From the NCBI GenBank assembly GCA_905178155.1, contig CAJINV010000013.1, positions 1,512,392-1,576,391 of the forward strand: 64,000 nt of DNA, read 5' to 3'. Shown here piece after piece: positions 1-10,465 of the stretch. The notes beneath the pieces were generated by a model. The model was not told the DNA's origin. It saw only the letters and a list, made by a program, of their open reading frames with translations, and did not search any database. The position numbers were made by a program, and so were the translations under genes. The number at the start of each line of letters is the position of its first letter. Positions within the stretch are counted from its first letter, which is position 1. The stretch comes from Amoebophrya sp. A120 (taxonomy: Eukaryota; Protista; Dinoflagellata).

Positions 1-446
1 TTCGGAACTCGTCTCTACTTGTCCTGATGAATAACGACCTCGCATCAAGGTCCTGGTTTCACAAGAACAGTCTCAACGGTGCTTCCGCAAGCCGCTGAGA
101 TGACTGACAAGCTTTTCATTTTATCGATTTCATTCATGTTCGGGAGAAAAAACATCAACATCTTCACAGAAGTAGATAGCTACAGCAATGAAGCTGCCCC
201 AAGGTGCAAGTAGTCAACATTCCAGTTGTGCACCTACTTCACAGAGGATTCACGCGAGTCCTTGCGTGCTGCTGAACTTTCTCTCCGTCGTCGCCATAAA
301 CAACCAATACCAAAATATTCGACACAACATAGTAGGACCTTTACTAGCTGCGGAACATCAAGTAGCTTTGTTCCCTGCCTCAACATCAAGCAAGAGATCC
401 TCGGAAGAGGATCCTTCCTCAAAGGCGCACCACCACCACATCTTCT

Positions 447-3400
447 TCACCCCAGCTTCATCCTCTCTGGCCCCTCGCCAAACGGCTTGCCCGGGCCTGC
501 GCCTGCTCCGCCTTGGTTCTTCTTCTCTCCCTCCTGCGCCTGGTATTTTCGGATCAGTTCTTGCTTGAACTTCGCGTCGGGGTTGAGTTCCGCCATGTTC
601 TTGCCGTCCGGCGCGCCGTTGTTGTAGCCGTCGTAGTGCTGTCCGAGGCCGCAGAAGATGCCGGGGATGCGGGGCCGCACCATTTCGGAGGCCGCCTCCA
701 CGATGTTGTCCCCGATGCGGTCGCCGAACACGCGCCGCTTCCGCGGTCGGCCCTCCAACTCCGCGTTCTCCCGCACGGCCTGCATGCTGAACCGCGGCAT
801 GTACCACCCCGCGGTGTGCTCTTCCACCTTTTCGTAGATGTAGGAGGCCATAAACTTGTCCTTCAGCTCCGGGTCGTGGGAGAGCAGGGGGTTCTCCCGC
901 ACGCGGCACCAGTCGCAGTCCTCCGGTAGGGTTTGGAAGTGCTCGTAGTCGCCCTTCTTCACCCGTTTCACGTTGTACTTCGCGATGCGCGCCGCTTTTT
1001 CCTCGTCGTCCTCGGACTCGGATTCCTCCCCCGCGCGCTTCCGCTTTTTCGAAAGGGCTTTCGCGGCCATCTCGTATCCTCGGCAAAAACGTCCCCACCC
1101 CATAGTCAAGTTGGGAATCTAGCGACACAAATCTCCAAGTTTTGGGAGCTGTGCATGACAAGTTTCCCTCAGCAGTGTAGTGCTGGTTGGCAAGGGAAGC
1201 CGCATCAGAAAGCCATTTTCTCATGCTGTTGCCAGCATTACATTACAAATTCCAAAACACGATTGGAAATGCTTCTCGTGTTCGTGAGGATGCGCATTAC
1301 AAATTTTCCAGGGATCGCAAATCTGCATGACAACTATGGTGTGGGGACGTTTTTCCTCAGGATATCTCGTCCGCCTTCATCTTCGCCAGCGGGTCCTCCA
1401 CGACCTTCTCCCCGTCGGCGTTTATCCTGTGTAAAAACGTACCCACACCATAGTTGTCATGCTACTCTGCATGCTTAAAATGTTTCTCATGCGGAGCCCC
1501 ATGAGAAGCATTTTCTAATGCGGTTTGGAAATCTGTAATGCGCCAATCAGCATGAGATACTAGATCTGTAATCCTGCTTAGCTAGCTCAAACAGCACTAC
1601 ACTACGCGTCCAAATTTGTCATGCGAAACAGCCAAAGCTTATGGATTTGTCTAGCGGATTTCCCATCTTGACTCTGGTGTGGGGACATTTTTACTCAGGA
1701 TAGCGTTCTCGGCGTCCTCGTGCATGGTGCCCTTGTCCTTGTCGTACAGATGCGACCGGTCCACGTTGACCGCCTCGGCCCACAAGTCCTTCTCCTTTTT
1801 CACCTTCGCGTTCTGTAACACGATGTCGCAGAGGAGGAAGGATTCTTGCGTGTTGTCCTCCAGCAGACAAACCACCCGGCTGCGGATACCCTTCCGCCAG
1901 TCGACAGACAACACCGTGCCCTTCAGCCAGTCCGTCTGGTTCGACCACGCGTACACCTTGGTCCCCGGCGGGAGCAGCATGTCCCGGTCCTCGAAAAACT
2001 TCGACACCTTGTCACTGGTCTGCTGTTTTTGCACCAGTTTTCCGAACCGGGAGTTGTTCCGCATCCCGGTCATTTGTTCCTGTTCCTTCTGCAGCAGCAT
2101 GTTGTTCACGGTGAACGCGTCGAAGTACATCCGCGCCCGTCTGCGCCAGATCTCCAGCTGCGTCGCGAACATCACCTGGAACTTCTTCCGTTCCGGGATC
2201 GGGCACCGGGGCAGCACGGTGGAGTAGTACCGGTCGCCGTTCAACAACTCTTCCACGTACTCCCCCAGCGAGATCTCGTAATCCGGGTAGTGCTGACTCG
2301 GTGTCAACAGCGGAATCTGGATCTCACTGTCCTTGTTTGCCTGTTTCTGTTCCTCGATGCGCTTCCTCGCCAGCTCCGCGGCCTTCTCCTCCTTGGTCGT
2401 CAGGCCCTTCGCGTCGTCGACGATCTTCGCGTTTTCGATCGCGCGCTGGTTGTTGGACTCCTCCGTGTCGACGTACAGGAGTAAATACTCCCGGAGACAC
2501 CGGTACATGTCCTTTCCGGGCAGGGTGTGGCGCAAAACCAAGATGCCGCACACCCGGACGAACACGTTCTCGTGCTCGAGAATCCGCATCAGCTCCTCCT
2601 CGGTGACGCCGTACCGGACCATCGCGAAGGCGATGCAGAACAGAAAACTCGCCTCGGACTCGTGTCGGCCGTGCGGCTCCACGCTGGTCACCTGGTCCAC
2701 CACCTCCGAGACCAGCGCGTCGACTTCGAGGGGCAAGTGCCCGCCCAGTACGAAGTTCCCGCTGTTCCCGATTTGCATGGCGATCCGCCCCGTCGCCTTG
2801 TCCCCGATCTTGGACTTCTCCTGCACGTCCAATTTCCCGAAAAACCGGACGTCCTCGCACCCGCGCAAGACTGCGTAGTACGGGGACCGACAAATCTGGT
2901 CGCGCATCATCACGTTCCACCCGTAGTACGGCTCGCCGGCGAATTTGATGCGGTTCTCGTTGGCTGGGTCCACGTCGTACGCCCCGTGAAACTTCTTCTT
3001 GCTCTGCTCAAGCCGGGCCGCTTGTGCCGCGGCGCCGGAGGCGACGATTTGGGTGGACGCAGCCGGGGCACCTGATGCCGGATCCGGAACCGCGGTGGTC
3101 TGTTTTTTTAGATACTTACAACATACAGATGGTATTACGACTTATTCAACGTCGCTGTTCGCATCACAAAAACGAAAGAGGACATTGCAGTCCTCCGCTG
3201 GTCTCCTGTTTATTTGAGAAGAAGCTGAAGTTCGTTGAGTTGTATGACACTGAAATCGAAAAATAAAGCCGCGTCGACATGATCGTGACAGAAGTCATGT
3301 CAATTGTATAAAAGTACATATAAGAACTTAAGTACCCCCGCAAACCCGGTCGTCTGCTGTGCGGTGGCGTTGTAAAACTCTGGATTCAGCAGCATGTCCT

Positions 3401-4025
3401 GCCTCTTCTGCTTCAGCTTCTCGATTTCCAAGTGACTGTTTTTGAACTTCTGGCACAGCTTGCAACTCCGCATGTCCTTGCTGTGCAGGTGGCACTTTCG
3501 GACGGCTTCCAGCTGTCGAATCTGTTGGTCTAGCTGGAAAACCGCTACGGACAAAGGGGCGCGCCCCTCCTGCTGCCGCTGCATCTGCTGCTGCTGGTAC
3601 GCGGCCTGTTTTTGGTACAATGAAACAGTTCTTGAGTTGTTGGATCATTCTCCAAAAACAAACTCATGGATTTATAAACTGATGCTAATCTCGTCGTGGT
3701 CCTCGCACAGTAGTAGATGAAAATAGACAAGGCAATAAGCGATAAGCCAGAGCTGTACCTGCTGCTGCGCCGCTACGACGCTGGGCGGTGGTCCCGCGTG
3801 CTTGGCCACCAGCGCCCCTGCCTTGGGGACCGCCGCATTTCCAACCCCGGCAGCGCCGCCGCCGAACTTTGGGATGGGTACTTTTTGGGCCGGGACCGCC
3901 GTTTGTCGCTCGTTGGGGGGGATAGCGGTCGTGGGGTCGTACTGCACGACGAGGTGCTCGATTTTCTTGTTGGGGGGTGCGCGAAGCAACTGCGCGTGAA
4001 TGGAATTGTGGCCCGTGTAATTCAT
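447..4025 (-). CDS. PRP38: PRP38-family (PRP38B-like) pre-mRNA splicing factor, ~869 aa, 5 exons (2 GT-AG introns, 2 introners)
   Basis: Motifs GWNVMMRDQICRSPYY, ASFLFCIAF...EHENVFVRVCGILVLR and ISLGEYVEELLNGDRYYSTVLPRCP resemble PRP38B. ORFs join in frame across GT-AG introns 3606-3758 and 3100-3335 and after removing the 1423-1702 and 1075-1364 elements plus one TSD each (HEDAENADGEK...MKADEMAAKAL). Spliced length 2610 nt = 870 codons. Confidence 0.75.
1075..1364. mobile_element. Introner/MITE, family A (TIR TATCCTGAGTAAAAACGTMCCCACACC)
   Basis: ~31-bp imperfect TIR, TSD TCTCG at 1070-1074 and 1365-1369; removal restores the frame. Confidence 0.95.
1423..1702. mobile_element. Introner/MITE, family A
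   Basis: TIR TATCCTGTGTAAAAACGTACCCAC / GTGGGGACATTTTTACTCAGGATA, TSD GCGTT; frame restored. Confidence 0.95.
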
Positions 4026-6655
4026 CTTGGATACTGGACGTGTCGCCGAGTTTACTTGAGAAAAGACCAAAACAAAAACAAAATCGAGCTACGCACTTCT
4101 GTGGGCGCTGAGTAAAACCGTCATCGTCGAACAAGCGTCATTTTGTCTTTCCGACTAGCAGTACGGAAGCAAGTCCTTTGTTTCCTATAGGAAGTCGCCC
4201 CTTTCCTTTTCTCAACAACACTTGAGCTAGGTTCGCTAAGGAGGTCAAGGAGCTGATATTCTTCTCACTTATGCGCCGGGGGGCGACGGGTCGTCGACAT
4301 GAAAGTTGAGGTGTGAGGTGTTAATACGGGGATATTAAGTGGTGCTCTCGAAACGAGGTGGTGCCTGTGCGAAGCTGAACTCCGAAAAATCCGTTAAAAT
4401 GGAGAAAATGACAGATCACTAGTATGGCATTCTTTGCGAAAGCGAAGGCGAGATAAAAGATCTTGAAGATCTTCCACGTGCATGGAAAAAAAGTGACGTG
4501 GCTTCTTCCATATTGATATTCCATTATAGTTATACGAGCATCAAAAACGGATCCTGCCGAGTGCAGATTGCGAGTTTGCAACGAATCATTTTGCATTGTA
4601 TGATGTTATAACATCGCTCGGTTTTTCTGAATTGTACCAATGCAATTTGCGTCTGTCATGAATCTCCTTCATTTGTGAACCTGAACACTGTCGTCTTAGC
4701 GCAAGATCATGTAACAAGGATAGGCACGCCGTATCATTTCCCAGCATGCGTAGCAGCTTCAATAGGCTGCTGTCGCGGTCACGTCAATTGGTAACTGCTG
4801 TAGTCACTCTCAGCAAGCACGATGATCGTAAGTAGCACGTCGAGGACATCTTTCTTCTACAACATCTTGGCCTTCCTGGTCAAAAATTTTATCTTGAACC
4901 CCCCCGAGCTGCAGGAACTTTTAGTTTTACTACACACCGCGCGGAGACATTAACATTGTCGTTGTAGTCTTTTCCTTGTGTTGTTTTCGTCTTGAGTCTC
5001 CTATTCCTGCGCTTTCTCGTTTTATGCGAAGTAGATGCCTCTTCGTACCTACAACTTGCTTCTACTTCCAGAAGCACATCGCTGGATGCTCTACTAGTAG
5101 CGTCACCATGTAGTTGACAATGACATGTTTGTTGCTCAAAGAACTCTGCTTGTTTGGAGGTAGCAAGAAACATCGACGGAGTCGCTAGGTTTTAGCCCAG
5201 GTGTATCTTCCTTCTATGTATTTTGTCGCACTAAGTACCTCGTCGCTCGTCCTGGTCGATGTTTCATTGCTACACTGGGCTTGATGTTGTAGTTGTTAAA
5301 AATTGTAGTTGTGTTTCATCGGTATGATCATGTGGTTTGCAGAAGGTGTACTCGTACTGCTGTACTTCTTCTCCTGCTTAGTACTCCTTGCTCATCATCA
5401 GCCCCTTCTCCACAAACTTGCTTGGGGTCTGTTTTGGGTTTTTATTTTGCATGAGAAAGAAGTGACTACAGATGCGCAACATCACCAGACGATATAGTAG
5501 AGGTACGGCTACTCAAAATAGAATTCGTTCATATATCATCTTTGGCATGAGGTGGACACAGGCAAGTGTAGCAAGTAGTTACCTCGACGCTGAACAGCGC
5601 GCAGAACCCGGTCAAAAAAATCATGATCCACAGCAGCAAGGCGAAGAAGGCGGCGAGCACATTTGGTGATGGCGTCGGAAAGAAGGTGTAGCCAGTCAAC
5701 TAAGGATTTATTTTGTTTCAGTGTTTCTTGAATGAATCAATGCACTGCTTTAGTTTGTTTCTCATGCGCAGGGAGGACGAGGAGGCAAAAAAAAATGGTT
5801 TTAGCATGATAATCTGCATCCATTTGGAGGCTGCAACACGAACGGAAACGCTTCTACCCCAACGACCGCAACTTTCGCTGCTGTTCCAGCTGCTGAGGGT
5901 GCGCTAACCAGCATTTCGGCCGCCGGTACCCCCTTGCTCACATCGAGTGCTGGTGCGGCCTGGTATAATTTGACGTTGTGTTTTGGTCTTTGTGATGCGA
6001 AACTATCATCGGAATCCACACTTATGCTTATTTCCCTGTCTCATGCATAACATATCTACTTAATTGAAAAAAGATGGAGCAGGCCTGCTTTATACCGAAT
6101 CCTGGATGCTGGTTGCCTCCTGCGCCACTACCACAATGGCCAAGAGAAACACACTTCTGAGTAGTTGCTGCCACATCTTTATCTTTTGTTTATTTTCGGC
6201 CCCAGGAATCAACTCAGGCACCTTTTTCTTTGATCCCTTCACACTAAAGCAACATGGGGTTCTCCTCGTTACATCATAACAATATTCTCAAAACGAGAAA
6301 GGTAGGACTAGTGGCACGTTAAGCTGTGCTACGAAAGCAACAGAACAAAGAGTTTCTGTCGAAAGGAATCCATGGCTTCCTCCGCAGCCGGGGGCCGCTA
6401 GTTTTGTTCGTCGAAAAAAAAGACGGAGACGCGCGGGGTCTCTTTTTAGTCGCGCACTACTACAGGAGTTTGTACAGCCACAGCAGTCAAAATGGTAGAA
6501 TGAAGCATCGTTCAAAAAAGAACACGCCTTTTTTATTGATCGATTTAATTCTAATTCCTCCATCGATTGGAAGTAGCAGGTCGACTATTTTCGTTGTGTT
6601 TCTCTGCGTCAGCATGCTGTCGCCTCGGTGGTAGAATTAAAATCTTAATCTACTA

Positions 6656-7678
6656 TCACGCTTTTTTCATCACTGGCACGATAACTGGAAAATCTGTCAG
6701 CTTCATCACTGCGTCAATCAGTGTGTCTTTCTTCCTGACCATTCTTGCCACCGCACTATTGTTTGACGATTGCAACGCTTTTTCGCCTGAAATGGTACTG
6801 GCAGCGGATGTTGACAGGAGAAATCCTAGACTCAGCCCACAGGCTAATGTGCACAGATTCTTCACGAGTTTCGCAGACGAAGACGAGATGAATAGAGTGG
6901 AAGCAGTGCTATCGTCTTTTTTTGCTTGTTGTACTGCCTCAACCTCTTCACCAGGACTACAAAAGAGCGCTTTCTTGCACCACGTAGTTATAGAGGCTGA
7001 GCTGCTTGAAGATGAGAATATCTCTAATCCCCAGCTCAGCCAACCCCTCTTCCTCTTCTTCACATTGCCCATGAACTCCCGAAAACTCACGGCCTTCACG
7101 TTTGCCATGTGCAGCATTTTCCTGGCGGCAACCCAGCTGTCCTTGTCGTGGTATTTATCATCCCCGTAGACCACCCGTTTTATTCCCGTCTGAGCGATCA
7201 GCTTGCAGCACTCGTCGTTCGGGAACAAGGTTGTGTACAGTGTGCACTCTTGCTCCAGATTCGACTGCGAATTCAAAATTGCGTTGATCGCGGCATGGCA
7301 AATGAAGGGGTATTTCGTGTCCAGCCAGGGTGTGAGTGGTTGCAGATCTTCCGCTCCTTCATTTTCCGTGTCTGGCTGCGCTTCTGGTCCTAGTTCGCCG
7401 CTGCTTTTTGTTGCCTTATTTGTTGTAGCGGTGGTACTACTCCTTCCCGAAACCCACGGGAGGTCCTTATCAGAGCAGCCGGTCGGGAAACCATTGTAGC
7501 CGATGCCGATGATGCGATTTTTGTTATCCACGATGCACGCGCCGACCTTGGTGCTGGGGTCTTTGCTACGGAGGGACGAAAGGTAGGCAATGCTCATGAA
7601 ATATTCCTCCCAGGAGAGGTAGTCTGAACGCGGACCGTCGACCGGCTTCGGGATGGTTGCACTGGAGGTAGTGGTCAT
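6656..7678 (-). CDS. dCMP deaminase-like protein with degenerate active-site motifs
   Basis: DYLSWEEYFMSIAYLSSLRSKDPSTKVGACIV, IIGIGYNGFP and TKYPFICH match the dCMP deaminase family, but HAE is HAA and PCxxC is PNDEC. ATG at 7678 chosen. Confidence 0.85.
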   Translation of the reverse strand: MTTTSSATIPKPVDGPRSDYLSWEEYFMSIAYLSSLRSKDPSTKVGACIVDNKNRIIGIGYNGFPTGCSDKDLPWVSGRSSTTATTNKATKSSGELGPEAQPDTENEGAEDLQPLTPWLDTKYPFICHAAINAILNSQSNLEQECTLYTTLFPNDECCKLIAQTGIKRVVYGDDKYHDKDSWVAARKMLHMANVKAVSFREFMGNVKKRKRGWLSWGLEIFSSSSSSASITTWCKKALFCSPGEEVEAVQQAKKDDSTASTLFISSSSAKLVKNLCTLACGLSLGFLLSTSAASTISGEKALQSSNNSAVARMVRKKDTLIDAVMKLTDFPVIVPVMKKA

Positions 7679-8185
7679 TTTTTGCTTCCAATGCCTACAG
7701 CGCGTTGGCTCGGTATCTGTTCTTGCTCTGAAAGTTACGCTAAGGCATGCAAGTAGGGAACAAGCTAGAGACCCAGACGAAAAGATCAAAAGGTCATAGA
7801 AGTAAAACTGAATCAAGACCACGAGCCACACACGAATATACTAGGGTTTAACTACATTTCGACTAGGCGTGCAGCTACTTCCTGATGAAGCTTTATTCAT
7901 TGGGAGCTGAGAATACAGCTAGAGGTAGAGTGGACCACGTAAAAAATATTTGGATCTTTCGTCTAGACCAAACTCACCTGTTGCTGCAAATACATAGTGC
8001 AGGGAACAATGTACTAAGTAGTGCAGTAAGTACGACTTGTGTAGTCCGTACTTAGTTGTACAAGACGAGGCATCCTCAAAGCCCAGACCCGGGAGGATCA
8101 CTAAAACTAGAATGAAAGAAGTCATCGATTGTAAAGAGTTCGACGGTGATGTTCATCGGCGGCCTGGGGCCAGAGTGATCTTCTG

Positions 8186-8491
8186 TCAGAATCTCCTTCG
8201 CAATAGAATTGATGGCTGCGCCCCGGCTCCCTGAAACAAAGTCTTTAGCAACATTGATTCCCCACGCAGCTCCTTGTCTGCTATCATCGCTGCGGCGCAA
8301 CTCACGGCCTTCGACATTTTCTCGCGGTCTTCGGTTGTGACGTTAATGTAGAGCAGTTGTTTTTCTTCCGGCAAATTGCTCGTCGCAGGATGTTCGGAAA
8401 TTTTTTGCTTCAAAATCTTCAAGGTGTCTTTCTCCAGGTTGATGTTTTCCAGCGTGAACGTGGTGTCTTTGTAGGAGATGGTCAGCTTCAT
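8186..8491 (-). CDS. Small ubiquitin-like domain protein (101 aa)
   Basis: MKLTISYK..TFTLE....DTLKILKQKISE...LPEEKQLLY resembles the ubiquitin-like fold pattern; no C-terminal GG. Confidence 0.5.
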   Translation of the reverse strand: MKLTISYKDTTFTLENINLEKDTLKILKQKISEHPATSNLPEEKQLLYINVTTEDREKMSKAVSCAAAMIADKELRGESMLLKTLFQGAGAQPSILLRRRF

Positions 8492-9055
8492 TTTATACTC
8501 TTTATTGGTAAAAATGATATCGACCTCTGGGCGGTTGACAGCACAGATTTGATTTTGCAGAAGTTGTAGACATTTTGCGATTGCTGTTGAAGACACCTTA
8601 GAGAATTAATTTGAAGCGACAATGAGCACGACGCCACGCCAGCGCCAGCATGCGTTGACCGCATGAAGCAAGAGGAAGAGATAGCAAAAAACTCAAAACC
8701 GAATCAAAATGTAAGAACATGATTGATGACTGCGTTTCGCGCCTGCAGGAAAGACCGACGTAGCAGGCCAGAACGAACCAACTAGCTACCACAGAATTTC
8801 AGTTGTTGCCGGGAAAATCCATACCTTCTTGGTTATCGCAGCGGTAGCCTCACGGTGAAATCAGTTTCTCAATGAAGTCTTTATTCTCATGCAACTACAC
8901 GAGCGCTTCTACATTGATTTGTGTATAGCCGCTTTCGGGACGAGAGCCGAAAATTTACTGCATTCAGATTTTACAGATAAGCTCAAGAACTTGTCCTCAA
9001 CAGTGCGATCATACAAGTCAGTACGTTTCTACACGAGGAAACCAAGAACCGCACC

Positions 9056-10465
9056 TCACGCCTGGCCTTTCCCACCACCGCCCAGCACCCCGCCCGCACA
9101 GTCCCCTCCGCAAATATCCTGCTTCGTCCCGCTGTGCGCCAATTCCGGCAGGAACGCACACGCTGCACACTTCAATCCGGGTGTGGCGTGGGAGATTGTG
9201 GATTCGATTTTCCCGGCCTTGTCAATCATCTCCTTCTCCTGCACGTACAACTTGTTTAAGGTGTTCAATTTCTTGGAAACCTGCTTCAGATCGTCCATCC
9301 GGCTGGAATACACGCTCAGCAATTCCTTCACGTACTTTTTCTGTTCCGGTTCCGGTCTTTTCGCAAAGCTCTTTCCACCGCCGCCGTCAAACTTTTTCAA
9401 ACTGCGACCCGGAGCCGCTATCGATTCTAGCGGCTGCGGATCCATCGCCAGCCGCTTCGCCGCCTCCTCCTGCTCTTCGACCGCCTTTTGGTCCAGTTTC
9501 TTCGTCAGAACGCCGTCTTTGCGCACGTCCTCGGCGGCGGATTGCTTCGAGTCCAGCGGGCTGGTTGCCTGCCCATTCTCGGCCTTGGTGTCGTCCTTGG
9601 ATTCGGTATCGTTTTCCTCGGGGGCGGCGCCCAAATCCTTGGTGGTTTGAGCGTCGTCCGTGGCCGGAGGAGCCATTTCTGGTGAGGGAGGTGGGGGAGG
9701 AGAGTCAACCTCTGCGACGTCTTTCTTGTGTTCTTCATCTCCCTGCGCAGCGGGTCCGGGTGGCTGATCTTTATGCTCTTCTGATGGTCCTGGTCCGGCC
9801 GCAGGAGCCTGTCCTTCGTTGTCTTTCCCAGTATGCTGCTCACCAGCTGCTTGTTCTCCCCCGGGTGCAGAAGATGGTGTAGCATCACCTGGCTCTTCGC
9901 TTTTCACGGCACCCTCTTCCGCTCCTTCCACCCCCTTCTCCCCGGCGGGTGGTTGTGCTGCTGCATCTTCTTTCTTTGGTTCATCTGCAGCGCCCGCATC
10001 CGGACCGCCACCACCTGCTCCGGCCTCGGGGTTTTCCCCTCCCGTCGCTGGCGGCGATGCAGTATCGTCTCCAGCAGGCGCATCATGTGCAGGAACTTTA
10101 TCACCCGCGGCTCCAGGAGGAGGATCACCGGGAGCATCTTTACCAGCTGGTTCTCCTTTAATATCTTCTTCAGGAAAAGCAGTGCGCAGCTTCGAAACAA
10201 CCGATTCTTGGGTGTTAGCGCGTTTTGCAGGCCTCAGCAAGCTGGGATGCACGTGAGAAGCGCTGACATCAGTGTTGGCTTTCAGAAAAGCTGTGCTCGT
10301 CGCCTTGATTGAATTGGTGGAATATCTCCTTGTCACTCCCGCAGACGTGGTGATCGAGGTAGGCAGGTTGCTCCAGGAGTTCTCACATGTAGGACGGCTC
10401 TTCGACGAAGGAACAGGCGCAGGCCATATTAGTTCGGCTAGAAAATAGTTTACTCCGAGACCCAT
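9056..10465 (-). CDS. Hypothetical protein, Pro/Ala/Gly/Glu-rich middle, coiled-coil and Cys-containing C-terminus
   Basis: 469-aa ATG-initiated ORF on the same strand as neighbouring genes, GC3-rich 3' half. Confidence 0.65.
   Translation of the reverse strand: MGLGVNYFLAELIWPAPVPSSKSRPTCENSWSNLPTSITTSAGVTRRYSTNSIKATSTAFLKANTDVSASHVHPSLLRPAKRANTQESVVSKLRTAFPEEDIKGEPAGKDAPGDPPPGAAGDKVPAHDAPAGDDTASPPATGGENPEAGAGGGGPDAGAADEPKKEDAAAQPPAGEKGVEGAEEGAVKSEEPGDATPSSAPGGEQAAGEQHTGKDNEGQAPAAGPGPSEEHKDQPPGPAAQGDEEHKKDVAEVDSPPPPPSPEMAPPATDDAQTTKDLGAAPEENDTESKDDTKAENGQATSPLDSKQSAAEDVRKDGVLTKKLDQKAVEEQEEAAKRLAMDPQPLESIAAPGRSLKKFDGGGGKSFAKRPEPEQKKYVKELLSVYSSRMDDLKQVSKKLNTLNKLYVQEKEMIDKAGKIESTISHATPGLKCAACAFLPELAHSGTKQDICGGDCAGGVLGGGGKGQA

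Noticed and set aside
4321-6634. Short ORFs between the PRP38-like and deaminase-like genes
   Set aside because: No motif, codon bias or consistent exon chain found; a small spliced gene cannot be excluded.
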